Shown here: positions 26,316 through 41,898 of the stretch, one piece after another
Layout of the letters: each line of letters begins with the position of its first letter
Numbering within the stretch: the first letter of the stretch is position 1
NCBI GenBank assembly: GCA_964016885.1
Contig: OZ024748.1
Coordinates: 19,344,001-19,408,000 of the forward strand
Length of the DNA stretch: 64,000 nt
Source: Eledone cirrhosa
Lineage: Eukaryota
Direction: 5' to 3'
Translations under genes and position numbers: made by a program
The notes under the pieces: generated by a model
The model's input: the letters and a program-made list of their open reading frames with translations, nothing else
Told to the model about the DNA's origin: nothing
Databases searched by the model: none

Positions 26316-26538
26316 TACTTAATATACATGACAACTAAGCATATTTTGTTATGTAATTAATCGTAGCAGGTTAATATCTACACTTTACTTTCCTATTAAT
26401 ATAGCGTACTGAGAGCATTCAACTGAACTCGTAACAGCTACTCGTATATATATATATTTATATATATATACATATACATATATGATAAATTTGTATCAAT
26501 TTCTCTCTCTCTCTCCCTCTCTCTCTCTCTCTCCCCCC

Positions 26539-26634
<96 letters not shown>

Positions 26635-26789
26635 TATATATATATATATAAATATATATAATATATATAATATAATATAATAATATATAATATAAGGTTG
26701 TCGATTTCACAGAGGTTTCTGAGCGTTAGATGTTTGTTCCGGGTCTTTGCGTTGTGAATTCACATCCCTATGATATTATAGCTGGAACA

Positions 26790-27560
26790 AAAACAACAAC
26801 AACAACAATACCACCACCAACAACAACAACACCACCACCAACAACAACAACACCACCACCACCACTACCACCAACAACAACAACACCACCACCACCAACA
26901 ACACCACCACCACCACCACTACCACCACCAACAACAACAACACCACCACCACCAACAACAACAACAACACCACCACCATCAACAACAACAACACCACCAC
27001 CATCAACAACAACAACACCACCACCACCAACAACAACACCACCACCACCAACACCACCACCACCACCACCAACAACAACACCACCACCAACAACGACAAC
27101 ACCACCACCACCACCACCAACAACACCACCACCACCAACAACACCACCACCACAACCAACAACACCACCACCACCACCAACAACAAAACCACCACCACCA
27201 ACAACACCACCACCACCACCAACAACACCACCACCACCACCACCAACAACAACACCACCACCAACAACAACAACGACACCACCACCAACAACACCACCAC
27301 CACCACCAACAACACCACCACCACCAACAACACCACTACCACCACCAACAACACCACCACCACCAACAACACCACTACCACCACCAACAACACCACCACC
27401 ACCACCACCACCAACAACACCACCACCACCAACAACAACAACACCACCACCACCAACAACAACAACAACAACACCACCACCAACAACAACACCACCACCA
27501 CCACCACCAACAACACCACCACCAACAACAACAATAACACCACCACCACCACCAACAACA
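26790..27560. repeat. Compound (ACC/ACA)n trinucleotide array
   Basis: Direct reading; gives a Pro/Thr ORF. Confidence 0.9.
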
Positions 27561-27671
27561 GCTGCAACAACATCAATAGCAACAGGAATAAGTAATTTTC
27601 ATCAAAGCACTATTCTAAAATGACGAGAGAAAGATATATATATATATAATATAAATATATATATATATATA

Positions 27672-27741
<70 letters not shown>

Positions 27742-28121
27742 AAGAGAGAGAGATAAAGTGAGAGAGATCTAGTGAGAGAGAGAGAGAGATAAAGAGAGAG
27801 AGACAGAGGGAATAGAGTGAGTGAATAGAGTTGAAATAGAGAGATAGCGAAAATTGATACACTGATAGATAGAGATAAATAGATGGAGAAAGAGTGAGTG
27901 TGTGTGTGTGTATGTGTGTGTGTAAGTGTATGTGTGTGTGTGGTCTGAAAGAAAGAGGAGAAAAGAGAGGTGAGGATGAAGCCAGAACAGCGAGATAGAT
28001 AGATAGATATGAGAGTAACATAGGTAGGTAGATACATAGAAAAAGATATATACATAAATACACACACATCTCTCTCTCTCTATATATATACATACATACA
28101 CACATTATATATACATACACA

Positions 28122-28182
<61 letters not shown>

Positions 28183-28375
28183 CTATATGTACATACACAC
28201 ATTATATATACATACACAGGCACACACATATATATATATATATAGATATTGAGAGAGTTGGGGTGAGAAAGGGGATTGAGGAGTGAGAGAAATATGTAAT
28301 GTGGGAGAGAGAGAGATAAAGGGAAGCAGAGAAAGGGCAAGAAGGAGATAAGCAGGGGGGGGGGGGAGAAGAAGT

Positions 28376-28428
<53 letters not shown>

Positions 28429-29018
28429 TGACAGAGTTGGGGAGAAAAAAGGAGAGTGGTAGATAAGAGTGAGAGAAAGGAGAGAAAGGGGAGAGAGAGA
28501 GAGAAAGAGGGGAGAGAGTGAAAGAAAGAGGGTGAGCGAGAATGTGAGAAAGGGAGATATAGAGAGGGAGGGAGAGAGAAAGGGAGAGTCAAGGTCAGTG
28601 TGACATTTTAATTTCAATGTATGTGGCAGCGTCTGAATGTATTGATTTATCGGTTCTTGCACTAGTTTCTTTGAAAAGACCACATGAAATTGTAGCAAGA
28701 CAAGGAGAGAGGGAGAGAGAGAGAGAGAGAGGGAGAGAGAGAGGAGCAGAGAGAGAGAGGGGAGGGGGGGAGATACATTGACAGATAGATGCATATATAT
28801 ATATATATATATATATATACGTATACACACACACACGCACATATGTCTATGTACATATATAGATTTATAAATGCATATTTATATATATATGTGTATATGC
28901 ATATATATTATATATATATGTATATATATATATAGTATATAACAATATATACGTGCGTATCGGTTTAGATGTATATATTTATTAATATAGATGTATGTAT
29001 GTATGTGTGTGTGTTTGG

Positions 29019-29079
<61 letters not shown>

Positions 29080-29101
29080 GTAATAATAATAAAATTGAAG
29101 A

Positions 29102-29146
<45 letters not shown>

Positions 29147-30032
29147 TTGTGATGTCCTGATCACCTGAAGGCCGAATGAAGTAAATTATTCATTTACAGA
29201 AATATCCCCCTGAGTTGGAGACCAATAATCCTAGCGGCAATAAACTGCAACTCCGAGAGCCGGGAGGGAAAGCGGAGGGGGTGGTGGTGCAATTTAAGGA
29301 TATTTTGAATAAATTTCTAAAGTTGATTAATATGCTTACGGGGTCTCTTTTTTTCAGTTTCCTACCCAGAAGGAGATTTTAATACATTAAGAGCTTATTG
29401 TGTACCGAACCTTCGTACACCAACCTTTAAATTAATTATTTAGATTCTTGCTATTGGCTTCTCTTAATTATTTCCTTTTGATCTTTATGTTTTCAATTAT
29501 GCAAATTACCCATGGCTAAATATCTATGTAATTTTTACCGATCTGTAGACGAGGTTGAACAGTAGTATACTGATGATATTAAAAAGGCCAAAACATGTGT
29601 ACATAATGTTTCCTAGCTAATATATTGTGCTATGTTTGTAAACTATTTAAGAAATATATTAATAATTACTTTTTACGATTATCCGCCTTTGTCTTCGAGA
29701 TTAACTGATGAGTGCCACTATGTATTATTCTGTTCCCTCTTAAAATAAACGGAGAATTTATTTACTAAGGATGTCAGAGCATCGCCAATTAACTTAAGTA
29801 TCCGAATTGAAGCTCTCGTTTCCTTCAGCGACTTCCCTTATAATTTTGTTCTTTATAAAGTGCATCTGCCATCACGTAAATTTATAAATCAGTAGCCAAT
29901 CAGGGGACAGCATTGTTATGCGTAGAGATTCCAGTTGTAATCCCTTTACTGTGTTGGCCGTCACAAACAGTCATAGCCGGCACGGACTGGAGTCAAATTC
30001 TGTCGATCGATTGGTTATTGATTAGGCGAAAA

Positions 30033-30126
30033 CCGCTGATGAAGTCACATGCGCCGATTATGCATTGTTGCCAGAAGGCGGTGCGCACTCTAATGCTACA
30101 TTAGTGTGACCGAAACTCGAGTTCGG
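30033..30126 (+). ncRNA. Minimal type I HHR, core intact
   Basis: ccg-CTGATGA-a-gtcaca/tgtgac-c-GAAAC-TCGA-GTT-cgg; palindromic stem III loop; followed by a tail ending in (TA)n at ~30272. Confidence 0.75.
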
Positions 30127-30384
30127 GAACAATTGAAGGTACCCTTTACATGTGTTGTATTGAAGCGAATAACTATGTGTATACTCTGGAAGTATGTTTA
30201 ACATTACCTATTGAGTACGCTGAGATGCAACCGGTCCCAGCAGTGATACATATGCTAGTTCCGTCAACTTATTATATATATATAAAATAAAGTTAAATAA
30301 AAAGTCAAATGTTTAAAATTTAGCTTCGTTTATTACTGCTATATATATTTCAGTGACAGCCATCTTTGGCTATGACATATACTC

Positions 30385-30423
<39 letters not shown>

Positions 30424-30429
30424 AGAGAG

Positions 30430-30732
30430 ATTTCTTATCTGAAAACGTGTGTTGAAACAGATATTGTTATACTTTAGGAGGGTCATATTGCCAATAAAAA
30501 CACAGCAACACAAAACACACAAAAACAAATGGTGTAGGACAGAACAAAGAAGAGACGCACAAAATAAAAACCTAGTCAGTGAGGAAGTTACAGAATGTGT
30601 GACGAAAGTGTTTTAACAATATATAAACAACCTTCCGTTTATCTAAACAACCAACCGAACATTTATAATAAATTGAAGTGACAACCAACAGGTGCGTGTG
30701 TTTTTATTGGCAACATGACCATCCCAAAGTAT

Positions 30733-30740
<8 letters not shown>
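30430..30740. mobile_element. Family C module with inverted arm
   Basis: ctgaaaacgtgtgttgaaacagatattgttatac...gtcatattgccaataaaaacac, with an inverted copy at 30690-30740. Confidence 0.7.
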
Positions 30741-30779
<39 letters not shown>

Positions 30780-31311
30780 TATATATATATATATATATAT
30801 AGATATATAATATATATATAATAATTAAATAGTATTATACATAGAGCACTCTTTTGTCCCTTACCTTTTCTACGGAAATACATAAAACATATATATAAAT
30901 ATATATATATACATATATACACACACACGCATAGATGGGTAGGAATTTTTTATAATTATATACATTTTAAATATAATGTGAAGATATGAGTGAACCAGCA
31001 ATGGAAATCATACATGCATCATACATACTTACGAATACTGAAGGGCTTGGTAGCGTGATATTTTGGTACGTCCCTTGGTAAACGTCTACTTTGCATTTTA
31101 TATCCTGCCATGTTTGATAACATATGTACCAGTTATGTAATGGGATCATACCTATCCAACCTACCACTTCGAAAAATTACATGGTTTGCTGGTTACGATA
31201 TTGGAAATCAATATAGTTAATATTTATCCGTGTGTAAGATATACACCCTATAGCAATTATGCATATGTATGTATATGTCTATGTATATACATATGCGTGT
31301 ATATAGGTATG

Positions 31312-31394
<83 letters not shown>

Positions 31395-31438
31395 GTATAT
31401 ATGTACATATGTACATATATACATATATATATGGACAT

Positions 31439-31575
<137 letters not shown>

Positions 31576-31584
31576 TATATATAT

Positions 31585-31695
<111 letters not shown>

Positions 31696-31745
31696 TATAT
31701 ATAAATATATATATATATGTATATATATCTATATGTATATCTATC

Positions 31746-31777
<32 letters not shown>

Positions 31778-32109
31778 TATATATATGTATATGTGTACTT
31801 TTATGTTCGTGTATGTATGTACGTATGCATGTGTATATATATATATATATACACATACACACAAAAACACGCAACCACATAAAACAAAGTAATAGCCACC
31901 AATACTTCAAGAGTATCTCATTTCACTATTTGATTCATCTTTGTGCTGTCGTGCTGTTTACATAATGATGCAATTTAAATTATACGACCGAATAACAGCT
32001 GCAATTATCAAGTAAACGAACAGATATATTTAGCGAAACTAATCAGGGTCATTCTAAAAGAAATGATAATAACAATAACAACAGCAATAATAATAATAAT
32101 AATAATAAT

Positions 32110-32292
32110 AATAATTGTTTCTACTTTTGGCACAAGGCCAGCAATTAACTCAGTGTATTACTGGTACTTTATTTTATCGACCCTCGAAGGATGAAAGGCA
32201 AAGTTAACCTCGGCGGGATTTGAATTCAGATCATAAAGAGAGGTAACTCTATGCTTCAAAGCATGGCGCCCGACCCTCTACCGATACCGCCA
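32110..32292 (-). mobile_element. Deu/Nin-domain SINE in (TAA)n
   Basis: Matches the family consensus. Confidence 0.85.
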
Positions 32293-32304
32293 AATAATAA
32301 TAGT

Positions 32305-33119
32305 ACCTTCTTTGAGAAAACTGAATTCAGAGATCCACAGACATGGAACTGGTTGAAAAGAGGAGACCTTAAAAAGGCTACAGAAGGAATGCTAATGGCT
32401 GCGCAAGAGCAGGCCCTCAAAACGAAGTGGTTGAAACACCATATTTATAAGGAGGAGGATAGCCCACTGTGCAGGATCTGTGGAGAGAGAGGGGAGACTG
32501 TGGCTCACATTGTATCCGAGTGTAAACACCTAGCCCAGACTCACTATAAAGGCTGGAGGCATGATGTGATGGGCAGGCTGATCCACTGGCATCTATGCAA
32601 AGTAAACAATTTACCACATTCTGAGAAGTGGTATGAGCATAAGCCAGAGTCGGTGATAGAAAACGATCAGGTGAAGGTGCTGTATGATTTTAGGATACAG
32701 ACGGACAAGAAACTGGAACACAATAGACCTGACCTAGTGGTTTTGGACAAGGAAAAAAGATCGTGCCTGATTGTGGATGTGGCCTGCCCATTCGACACGA
32801 GAGTGCAAGAGAAGGAGAGGGAGAAAATTAACCGATACCAGGACTTAAAGTGGGAGGTAAAAAGGATTTGGAACTGCCATGAAGTTAAAGTGGTCCCGAT
32901 TGCCATAGGCGCACTAGATACTATCTCAAAAAGTTTCCAAGGATGGTTAAAGAAAATTGGCTCCGCCACACTTTTTGGAACACTTCAAAAGGCATGCTTG
33001 CTGGGAACAACAAGAACCCTCCGATACGTCCTGAATATCTGAGGCTGCAGGTAGTGGCTTGATATTCATTTCAACAAACCTTCCAGTTAACTAACATCAA
33101 TGACTGAGACTCAAAGAAC
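32305..33119 (+). mobile_element. R4/Dong-type RLE non-LTR retrotransposon, 5'-truncated, frame open to 33042
   Basis: CRICGERGETVAHIVSEC knuckle, RHD, RPD...D RLE motif, K..RY.DL, LQKACLLGT end. 3' UTR runs into (AAT)n. Confidence 0.9.
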
Positions 33120-33150
<31 letters not shown>

Positions 33151-34117
33151 GAGGAGTGTGTTCAGATCGAGAAAAACAACCTGCACAAATATGTGACTGA
33201 CAGTAGGGAGCCAATGCTCAAAATTGTACTGAAGGAGAAGAGAATAGACCAGGGGATGTCCAAGAAGGAAATAACAACAAGGAGGAAGAGCAACCTTCAA
33301 GAAAAATCCCTTCATAGTATTTTCTTTAAGGAAACGGAATTTAGAGATCCACAGACATGGAACTGGTTAAAAAGAGGAAACCTTAAAAAGCTACAGAAGG
33401 AATGCTAATGGCTGCGCAAGAACAAGCCCTCAGAACGAAGTGGGTGAAACACCATATTGACAAGGAGGAGGCTAGCCCACTGTGTAGGATCTGTGGAGAG
33501 AGGAGACTATGGCTCACATTGTATCCGAGTGTAAACACCTAGCCCAGACTCACCATAAAGGCTGGAGACATGATGTGATGGGCAGGGTGATCCACTGGCA
33601 CCTATGCAAAGTAAACAATTTACCACATTCTGAGAAGTGGTATGAGCATAAGCCAGAGTCAGTGATAGAAAACGATCAGGTGAAGGTGCTATGGGATTTT
33701 AGGATACAGACGGACAAGAAATTAGAACACAATAGGCCTGACCTAGTGGTTTTGGACAAGGAAAAAAGATCGTGCCTGATTGTAGATGTAGCCTGCCATT
33801 TGACACGAGAGTGCAAGAAAAGGAGAGGGAGAAAATTAACCAATACCAGGACTTAAAGTGGGAGTTAAAAAGGATTTGGAACTGCCATGAAATCAAGGTC
33901 GTCCCGATTGTCATAGTCGCACTAGGTACTATCTCAAAGAGTTTCCAAGGATGGTTAGAGAAGATTAGCCCAGCTCCGCTTTTTGGAACACTTCAAAAGG
34001 CATGCTTGCTGGGAACAGCAAGAACCCTCCGATACGTCCTGAATGTCTGAGGCTGCAGGTAGCAGCTTGATATTCATTTCAACAAACCTTCCAGTTAATG
34101 ACTGAGACTCAAAGAAC
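33151..34117 (+). mobile_element. Second R4/Dong-type copy, frameshifted
   Basis: Same motifs split over ORFs 33100, 33509 and 33772. Flanked by (AAT)n. Confidence 0.9.
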
Positions 34118-34137
34118 AATAATGATAATAATGATGA

Positions 34138-34693
34138 TAATTGTCTCTACTTTTGTCACAAGGCCAGCAATTAACAGTACATTACTGGTACTTTACTTTA
34201 TCGATCCTGTAAGGTTGAAAGGCAAAGCTAACCTCGGTAGGATTTGAACTCCAAACGTACTGCCTATCCACCGCCCTTAATAATAATAGTAATAATAATA
34301 ATAATTGTTTCTACTTTTGGCACAAGACCAGCAATCATACCAGTGTATTACTGGTACTTTATTCTATCGACTCCGTAAGGCTGAAAGGCAAAGTTAACCT
34401 CGGTGGGACTTGAACTCTGAACGTAAAGGGACGTAACTCTCTGCTGAAAACCATGGCGTCAGACCCTTACCGATACTGCCAACCCACCGTTCTAGTATAG
34501 GCACAAGGCCAGTAATTTGGGAGGAGTGGAGGTCGATTAAATCGACCCCAGTACGTAACTGGTACTTTATTTTATCGACCCTGTAAGGATGAAAGGCAAA
34601 GTTAATCTCGGCGGGATTTGAACTCATACCGTAAAGGGCCGTAACTCTATGTTGCAAAGCATGTTTTCCAATACTCTTCCGATTACTGCCAAT
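34138..34693 (-). mobile_element. Cluster of three Deu/Nin-domain SINE copies
   Basis: Copies at ~34138-34277, 34300-34488 and 34495-34693. Confidence 0.8.
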
Positions 34694-35499
34694 CTAATTC
34701 CTAAAATTGTTTTCCAGTTGTTCGAGCAACGGTACTGCCTGCTCCTGAAATTAAGATGCAAGTGACTGCGTTTTCCACAGACATGTGTATCCTTGGTGTA
34801 GTTCTCAGGAAGATTCAGTGTTGCACACTGTGTGACAAATGGCTGGATATTTAAATATGAGGCACAACCCATCTTTGCCAACTGAGTGAAGTGAAGCAAC
34901 CTTAAATACAGTGTCTTGTTCAAGGACGCATCTCGAGGTTGGGAATGGAATTCAGGGTTTAGAAACGTAAGCCGAATCTCATAATCAGTGAGTTATGTAC
35001 CTTCACAGTGTAATCTATATCTGCCAATGACGAAACTCCGGCAGTATCACATAACTGCAGCAGAATATGTTGTTAAGTTCTCGGTAGATCTAGGTTGTTG
35101 TTTTAGATTAAAAATAATCTTTCTATTCGATGTTCTTGGTAGGAGGTCTAAGAAATCTAAGACTTCAAATATTTCAGAAAGCTGATTAGAACAATATTAA
35201 TGAATAGAGCCTCTCTGTAATCACTTGATCAGCAAGAAAGTACATTTAAATCTCCCACCAACCATGCCATACTCTACCGTCGTAAATAAACATTCGATTA
35301 TGTACTTGAAGATTCATAATTCCTTTTAAAAAAAAATGAAAAAAAAAAATAGATTTACAAGATTGCCCCAGCATGGCCTCAGCCGGATGACTGAAACAGG
35401 TAAAAGAGTAAAAGAGTAAAGATTGTGACGACTTGAATGGATTTAATTTGAAAAAAACAACAACAAAAACACCAAGGTCTTTTCTCTATTCTTCCAAAT

Positions 35500-35637
35500 T
35501 TTCCAAAAAAGGAGACAAGAGAGATTGTTCCAATTACAGAGGGATCTCCTTGTTAAGCCTCTCAAGTAAAGTCTATGCTAAGTGTCTGGCAAAGAGATGC
35601 AGAGAGATTGTCGGGTTCAAGCTAGCTGATGAACAGA
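35500..35637 (+). pseudogene. RTE-like LINE reverse transcriptase fragment
   Basis: KKGDKRDCSNYRGISLLSLSSKVYAK...LADEQ matches the RT N-terminal motif. Confidence 0.8.
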
Positions 35638-35656
35638 AAATATAAAGCTATTTTAA

Positions 35657-35743
35657 TATATTGAGCCGTCAAGTATAAAAATTGTAGAAATTTGTTTTTG
35701 TTTTACAAATTTCTACAAATTTCATACTTGACGACCCAATATA
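35657..35743. repeat. Short fold-back
   Basis: atattgagccgtcaagtat...atacttgacgacccaatat. Confidence 0.75.
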
Positions 35744-36621
35744 ACTAGAGTAAAGATTGTCACCACGAAGTTTAGCCAACCTAATCTTACTTGTACTATG
35801 GAATATGTTTTACTTAGTCCGGATAAGAGTATGGTCCGGTTAAGAGTATACTATTTTCCATTCCCGAGGGTATACTCTTAAGCGGACTCGACTGTATAAG
35901 TCATATATACTTTGGCTGGGGATGAGTAAATCAATAAAAACTAGCCCCAGATCAGGTAATTGTAGTGAATCATTGGATTGCTTCTTATTATTCTTCGATA
36001 TTCCATTGTAATCCTTAAATATATATACTGTATGTATTTAACTGTGTTGTAGGTCGAGTAATTGTTTTTCATAATAAATATAGACTATATATAAATATAT
36101 ATTTATACTATACATTTAAACATTTAATAGTATTGTCACTCTAGTTATTGTCATAAATAAATTGTATTGGTTACCGTGCTGGACATACCTATAAATATAT
36201 TTTTATTTTATCATTAGTTTTCATTCTTTAGTACTAAATCACCAAACATTATATACACACATACACACACACACGCACACATATATACATATACATACAA
36301 TCATACATACAAATATATATATATATATATAAGCAATGAGTTATTTATTTTGTTGGTTATTCAACAAATTTAGTTTATAACAGATTCGAAGCACTCTACA
36401 ATATTCTTCTGGAATATAATATCAATAATTAAAACCATATTTATTTTATATATATATATATGTCAAGGGTACCAACATTTTCAAACAAAACTTATATTTT
36501 ATATTTTATGTGATGAGGGCGTACCAAAAATTTTGGAACCCTTGAAATATATATAATAAAATAAATAAGGTTTTATAAAGATAGCTTCCATTTATTAATA
36601 TTATATATATATATATATATA

Positions 36622-36800
36622 TTTATTAAAATAACAGATTAAAGTTTAAGCAAAGAATCGCTGCTTTCAGCGATTCTTTGCTTAAACTTTAATCTGTTAT
36701 TTTAATAAATATTTGCTCTACGGTTCTTATATATTTGATATATATTTATCCTTGTCGAGCCCTCTTTGGATTTTAGTCTTCAAATTTATTATTATTTAGA
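36622..36800 (+). mobile_element. Family B tail with fold-back pivoting at the HHR GAAA
   Basis: gcaaagaatcgctg cttt cagcgattctttgc. Confidence 0.75.
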
Positions 36801-36897
36801 TATATATATTTATATATACGCACAAGTTATCCCAAAGAATTAATACACACTTATAATATATAATTTATTCCTAATCATGAACTTTAATTTAAAAATA

Positions 36898-37155
36898 ATT
36901 ATTTCTACTTTTGGCACAAGGCCACCCATTAACCAATGCATTACTGGTACTTTATTTTATCGACCCCGTAATGATGAAAGGCAAAGTTAACTTCGGTGGG
37001 ATTTGAACTCAGATCATAAAGGGCCGTAACTCTATGCTGCAAAGCATGTTGTCCGATGCTCTACCGACTCTGCCAATCCACCGCCCTTAAATAACGTTTC
37101 TACTTTTGTCACAAGGCCAACGATTACCTCAGTGCATTACTGGTACTTTATTTTG
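36898..37155 (-). mobile_element. Deu/Nin-domain SINE plus partial second copy
   Basis: Matches the family consensus. Confidence 0.8.
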
Positions 37156-37824
37156 TAGTTATTAAATCTTTTTTTCCCGAATTTGTTTCACGAATGGCCT
37201 CCAATATTTTATATAGCTTAGGGCCTCAGCTGGTTAAAAGTCCGGCCCTGGCTACATAAAATAAACCGTTCCTTTATCGCCATTCTTCATGTGTACAATC
37301 TTTGGGGTTACGTTTACAACGACACACGTTGGAAAGGAAGGAGGTCGTAAGTCGGGGAGTATCTATATTTAGTTTTGAACGTATCTTAAAGACAACATAA
37401 GCCATGTGTAGACAAATAATAACAACAAGAATCGGAAGATAGCATAAAAGCTCACGTTCTTGGAAATATATTTTCTGCAAAATCAAATCATTACTAATTA
37501 GTTTAGAAATGATTAGAATAGCTTTAATTAGCATGGAACATATATATTTATATAATTAATTAAATAAAATCACTAACGTTTCTTTCAATTCATTTAGTAA
37601 TCAGAATTTAGATTGGTCAATATGTTCATTGATAATTAACACGTAATTATACTGATTTGCATATCAAGCAACTCATTGTAAGTAAGGAAGACAACAAAAT
37701 TATAAAAATAGATGGATTTATTGTTTAACACAGTAAGGAGTTTGATTTCACGAAAATATAGCATGTCATTTTTTAGAATATACTACATATACACATATAA
37801 TCGCGCTCACACATAGACGCAGAG

Positions 37825-37907
<83 letters not shown>

Positions 37908-37975
37908 AATATTCATACATGCATGCATACATCTCTCTCTCTCTCTCTCTTTTTCTATTATCTCCCCGCCTCTCT

Positions 37976-38043
<68 letters not shown>

Positions 38044-38620
38044 GTTGTTTTCAAGTTTCACTGATATTGCTTCTGAAATCAATGTTTGCTCAGATGTACT
38101 CTCTCTCTATATATAGTATAGATTTATAAATTCGGTATAGGTAAGTGATGGGAGTTTGAAGTAGTAAACATAATCATAAAGGAAGGGAGAGGGAGTGAGA
38201 GAATTTGAGGTATGTTTTGTTATATGTGAGAAATAAACAGAAGGAGAGCGGAGGAAAGGGAGGTAATATTTATTACATGCTTAATCAGCAAATTATTTGT
38301 GAAGCATCGTGGCTTCAAAGTCAGGGTTTTCAGCTCGCAATTGTAAGATCATGAACTAGACAGCGTATTGTGTACTTTAGCAAGACACTTCAATTCACGC
38401 CGATCCAGATCATTCTGGATGAGCTGGCAAAAATTAAAATTGTACCTGCAATTAAAGGGGGTCAGCCTCTTTGTGAAATATTATTTAACGCTGAATCTCC
38501 ACGAGGAGTTTTTTTTTGTTTACTTTTCACCCTCACCACATACACACACACACACATATATATATGGTGCTCCAGCATGGCCACAGCCGGATGGCTGGAA
38601 CAGGTAAAAGAGTAAAAGAG

Positions 38621-38689
<69 letters not shown>

Positions 38690-39248
38690 GTAAAAGGTAA
38701 ACAGAAATTACAACACAATCGGTACAATATATGGAAGGAATATATTAGTTTAATGCTTGAAATAGCAGGAAGAGGGTATATATATATATATATATATATA
38801 CACGCTCTCAATACACATACGCACAGACATATATATATATATATGTATACACTCTCTCTTTAACACACACATGCACACAGACATATATATATATATATAC
38901 GGAGGATGTGTTTCGCACCTGTCCGACAGACAACCTTTACCCCGGAAAAAAACCCCCAGTTGATGGATGTGAATCCGAAATATATAGGGACTATTAAATC
39001 TCTCCCAAGGTAACTCTCTCTTGTGTTGTTATTTTTATTTTAACCTTTATACTCTTCCCTTCTTTCTTCTACACATTTACACATCTTTACACACCACGCA
39101 TCTCAACGTACACCCACTTACATCTCTCTCTCCACCACCGGATCTTGTTACCCGGAGATTTACCCATTTGCATTGTCGAGGCTTCCAAACGACTTAAAGA
39201 TATTTATTAATTATTCCACAATGCTTCAAGCAAACTTCAATACTCTCT

Positions 39249-39320
<72 letters not shown>

Positions 39321-41898
39321 TGTGTGAATATATATATATATATATAAAGTACGAGCAGAAGCTATGTATGGACAAATAGATGTTATTTGCTGAGGGTCGA
39401 TGAGTCTGTTAAGAGAAAGATAGGGGGGGGGGGGTAGTAGCAATGCAGACGATTTTTTAATTAATGTTTCCATTTAGCATTTAATAATTTACTGTTTAAT
39501 CATTTCTAAATTATTGTGTTAATGTCTGTGAGCGTCTGTATAGGCTTGGGCTTGTGTATGAGTCTGTATATGCGTGTATAAATGTATGTATGTATATTTG
39601 TATATTTGTTTCAATGTGTGTGTATATATGTGTGTATAAGTGTGTATTTTAGTGTATGTTTTTAAATACTTCTGTCTGCCAGTGTATGTATATATGTCTG
39701 TGTATGTCTGTCTATGTGTATGCCTGTTCATGTCTCTGTATGTACGTATGTATGTATGTATGTATGTATGTATGTATGTATGTATGTATGTATGTATGTA
39801 TGTATGTATTGTTCTTCTTTTTGGTAAATATCATCTTGGTTAAGAGAGTGGGACTGGCTTTGTGCAGTGCCTTTGCTCACTATAAAAGCTTCACGGCACA
39901 GGCATTGCTTTCTATCTGGAGATCTCTCTGCACTTGTAGTCACATGGTACCATTGGCCCAGCACTATGTGTCAATAATTGTCACAAGTGTAGGGTTTGTA
40001 CCAGAGTTTTCAAGTCGCTGGGTGGACTAAAAAGTCACACTCGTTCAGCGCATCGGTAGGGGTTCTCCTACATGGATGTAAAGTAGTGGCCGTACTCGAA
40101 AACGAGTTGGCAGCCACCATGTATATATGAATGTTTGTATGTATATATGAATGTTTGTATGTACGTACGTACGAATGTATGTATTTATATGTCTATGTAT
40201 GTGTGTATGTTTGTATGCATATATGTATGTATGCATGCATGTATTTATCTATGAATGTATATATGAATGTTTGTATGTACGTACGAATGTATGTATTTAT
40301 ATGTCAATGTAGGTTTATATATATGTATGTATGTACATATATTTGTGTGTGCGTACGGTATGTATGTATTTATATGTCTATGCATGTCTGTGTACGTGTA
40401 AGTATGTATGCATATATGAATGTATGTATGTAATTATAAATGTGTGTGTGTGTTAGTATATATCAGTGCATGTGAATGTCAGTTAACGTAAATGTATGTA
40501 TATGTGCGTATATATATATGTATATGCATGCCTGTGTATGTTACCGAATGTTTGTGCCCGTCTGTGTATACATGTATATGTCTATGTGTGCCAGTGTATG
40601 TTTGTGTCGGTATGTATATGCCTGTATACATCTATACAAATATATATGAATACATAATCATGATATAGACATATATACATGCATATGTATCGCCGTGTAT
40701 ACATGTATATTTGTACACAGACATACGCTTACACACACAAACATACACACATATATATATATATATACATACATGTAGCATATAAATATATAATATAATA
40801 TATTATAAATATAATATAAAATATATTTATATATTTGTATAGTATAAAAATGTGTATAAACACTTGTTAACGCACACACCACCACACACTCACAAACGCA
40901 TACACACACATATATATATGTATATATATATATGTATATATATATATAAATATGTACTTTTATATATATATATATGTGTGTATATGTATATATATATACA
41001 TATACATATACATATACATAAACATGTGCATATGTATATGCATATGTATATACATATACATAAACAAATACATATGCATATATATATACATAAACATATA
41101 CATATGCATATACATATACATAAACATATGCATATGCATATACGTATACATAAACATATGCATATGCATATACATATACATAAACATATGCATATACATA
41201 TACATATTCCATCACTCACGCTTAAGTACGGGTATTTTAATACGTACATATGTAAATACTTGCAAACATATATGGGCAGTGTTACAGGTCACGGGAATTT
41301 TTTTTTGCGCAAAAACTATAAACTATTTGAAACACAAGTGATTCTATCCCTTAAAGCAACTCTAAACAGCCACACCCTTCTCGCTTCTTGAGATAGTCTT
41401 ACAAGAAACTGGAATTGCTGCCGACATATATATGTTTGTTCAGGAAGCTAAGACATTGGTTATAATGAAACTTGAAATATTTTGCTGCAAAAAAGGAAAA
41501 ATATAAGATATAATAAAAATATTGAAATAGTAATGAAATAAAATAATCTGACTTAGAAAGTCATTTGGTGATTAATCACTTTTCTAGTTAAATATGACGA
41601 TTATTTGGTGTCAGTCTTGTTTGTGTAGGGGGGTATGTCGGCGGGAAACTAGAGTTGTAATCAGTAGGACATCGGATAGAATGTCTCATGTACTGTCTAC
41701 CGACAATCATCACCCCCACACTACCGCCCACTTGAACCTACGATCAACATCACAGCATTTTCACCACCCCCACATACACTAGGGGCAAATACATCCCTAT
41801 GAACTAATCCCCCAATCAAAACAAACTTTACTGACCACCATTGGAACTTCTGACTTTAGCATACAGCATGTATTCCTTCTTCCATTAACATTACAAGG

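Noticed and set aside
26730-27623. 297-aa Pro/Thr mucin- or extensin-like ORF
   Set aside because: Built almost solely from ACA/CCA triplets with no synonymous variation, and open on both strands. Best explained as a microsatellite.
29700-29720. CTGATGA as an HHR core
   Set aside because: No matching stem II or GAAA downstream; it fits the 3' tail hairpin (..ctg-at-gagt) of the preceding element better.
32251-32304. N-terminus MLQSMAPDPLPIPP of the 263-aa ORF
   Set aside because: Antisense SINE head and AAT repeat fortuitously in frame with the truncated LINE.
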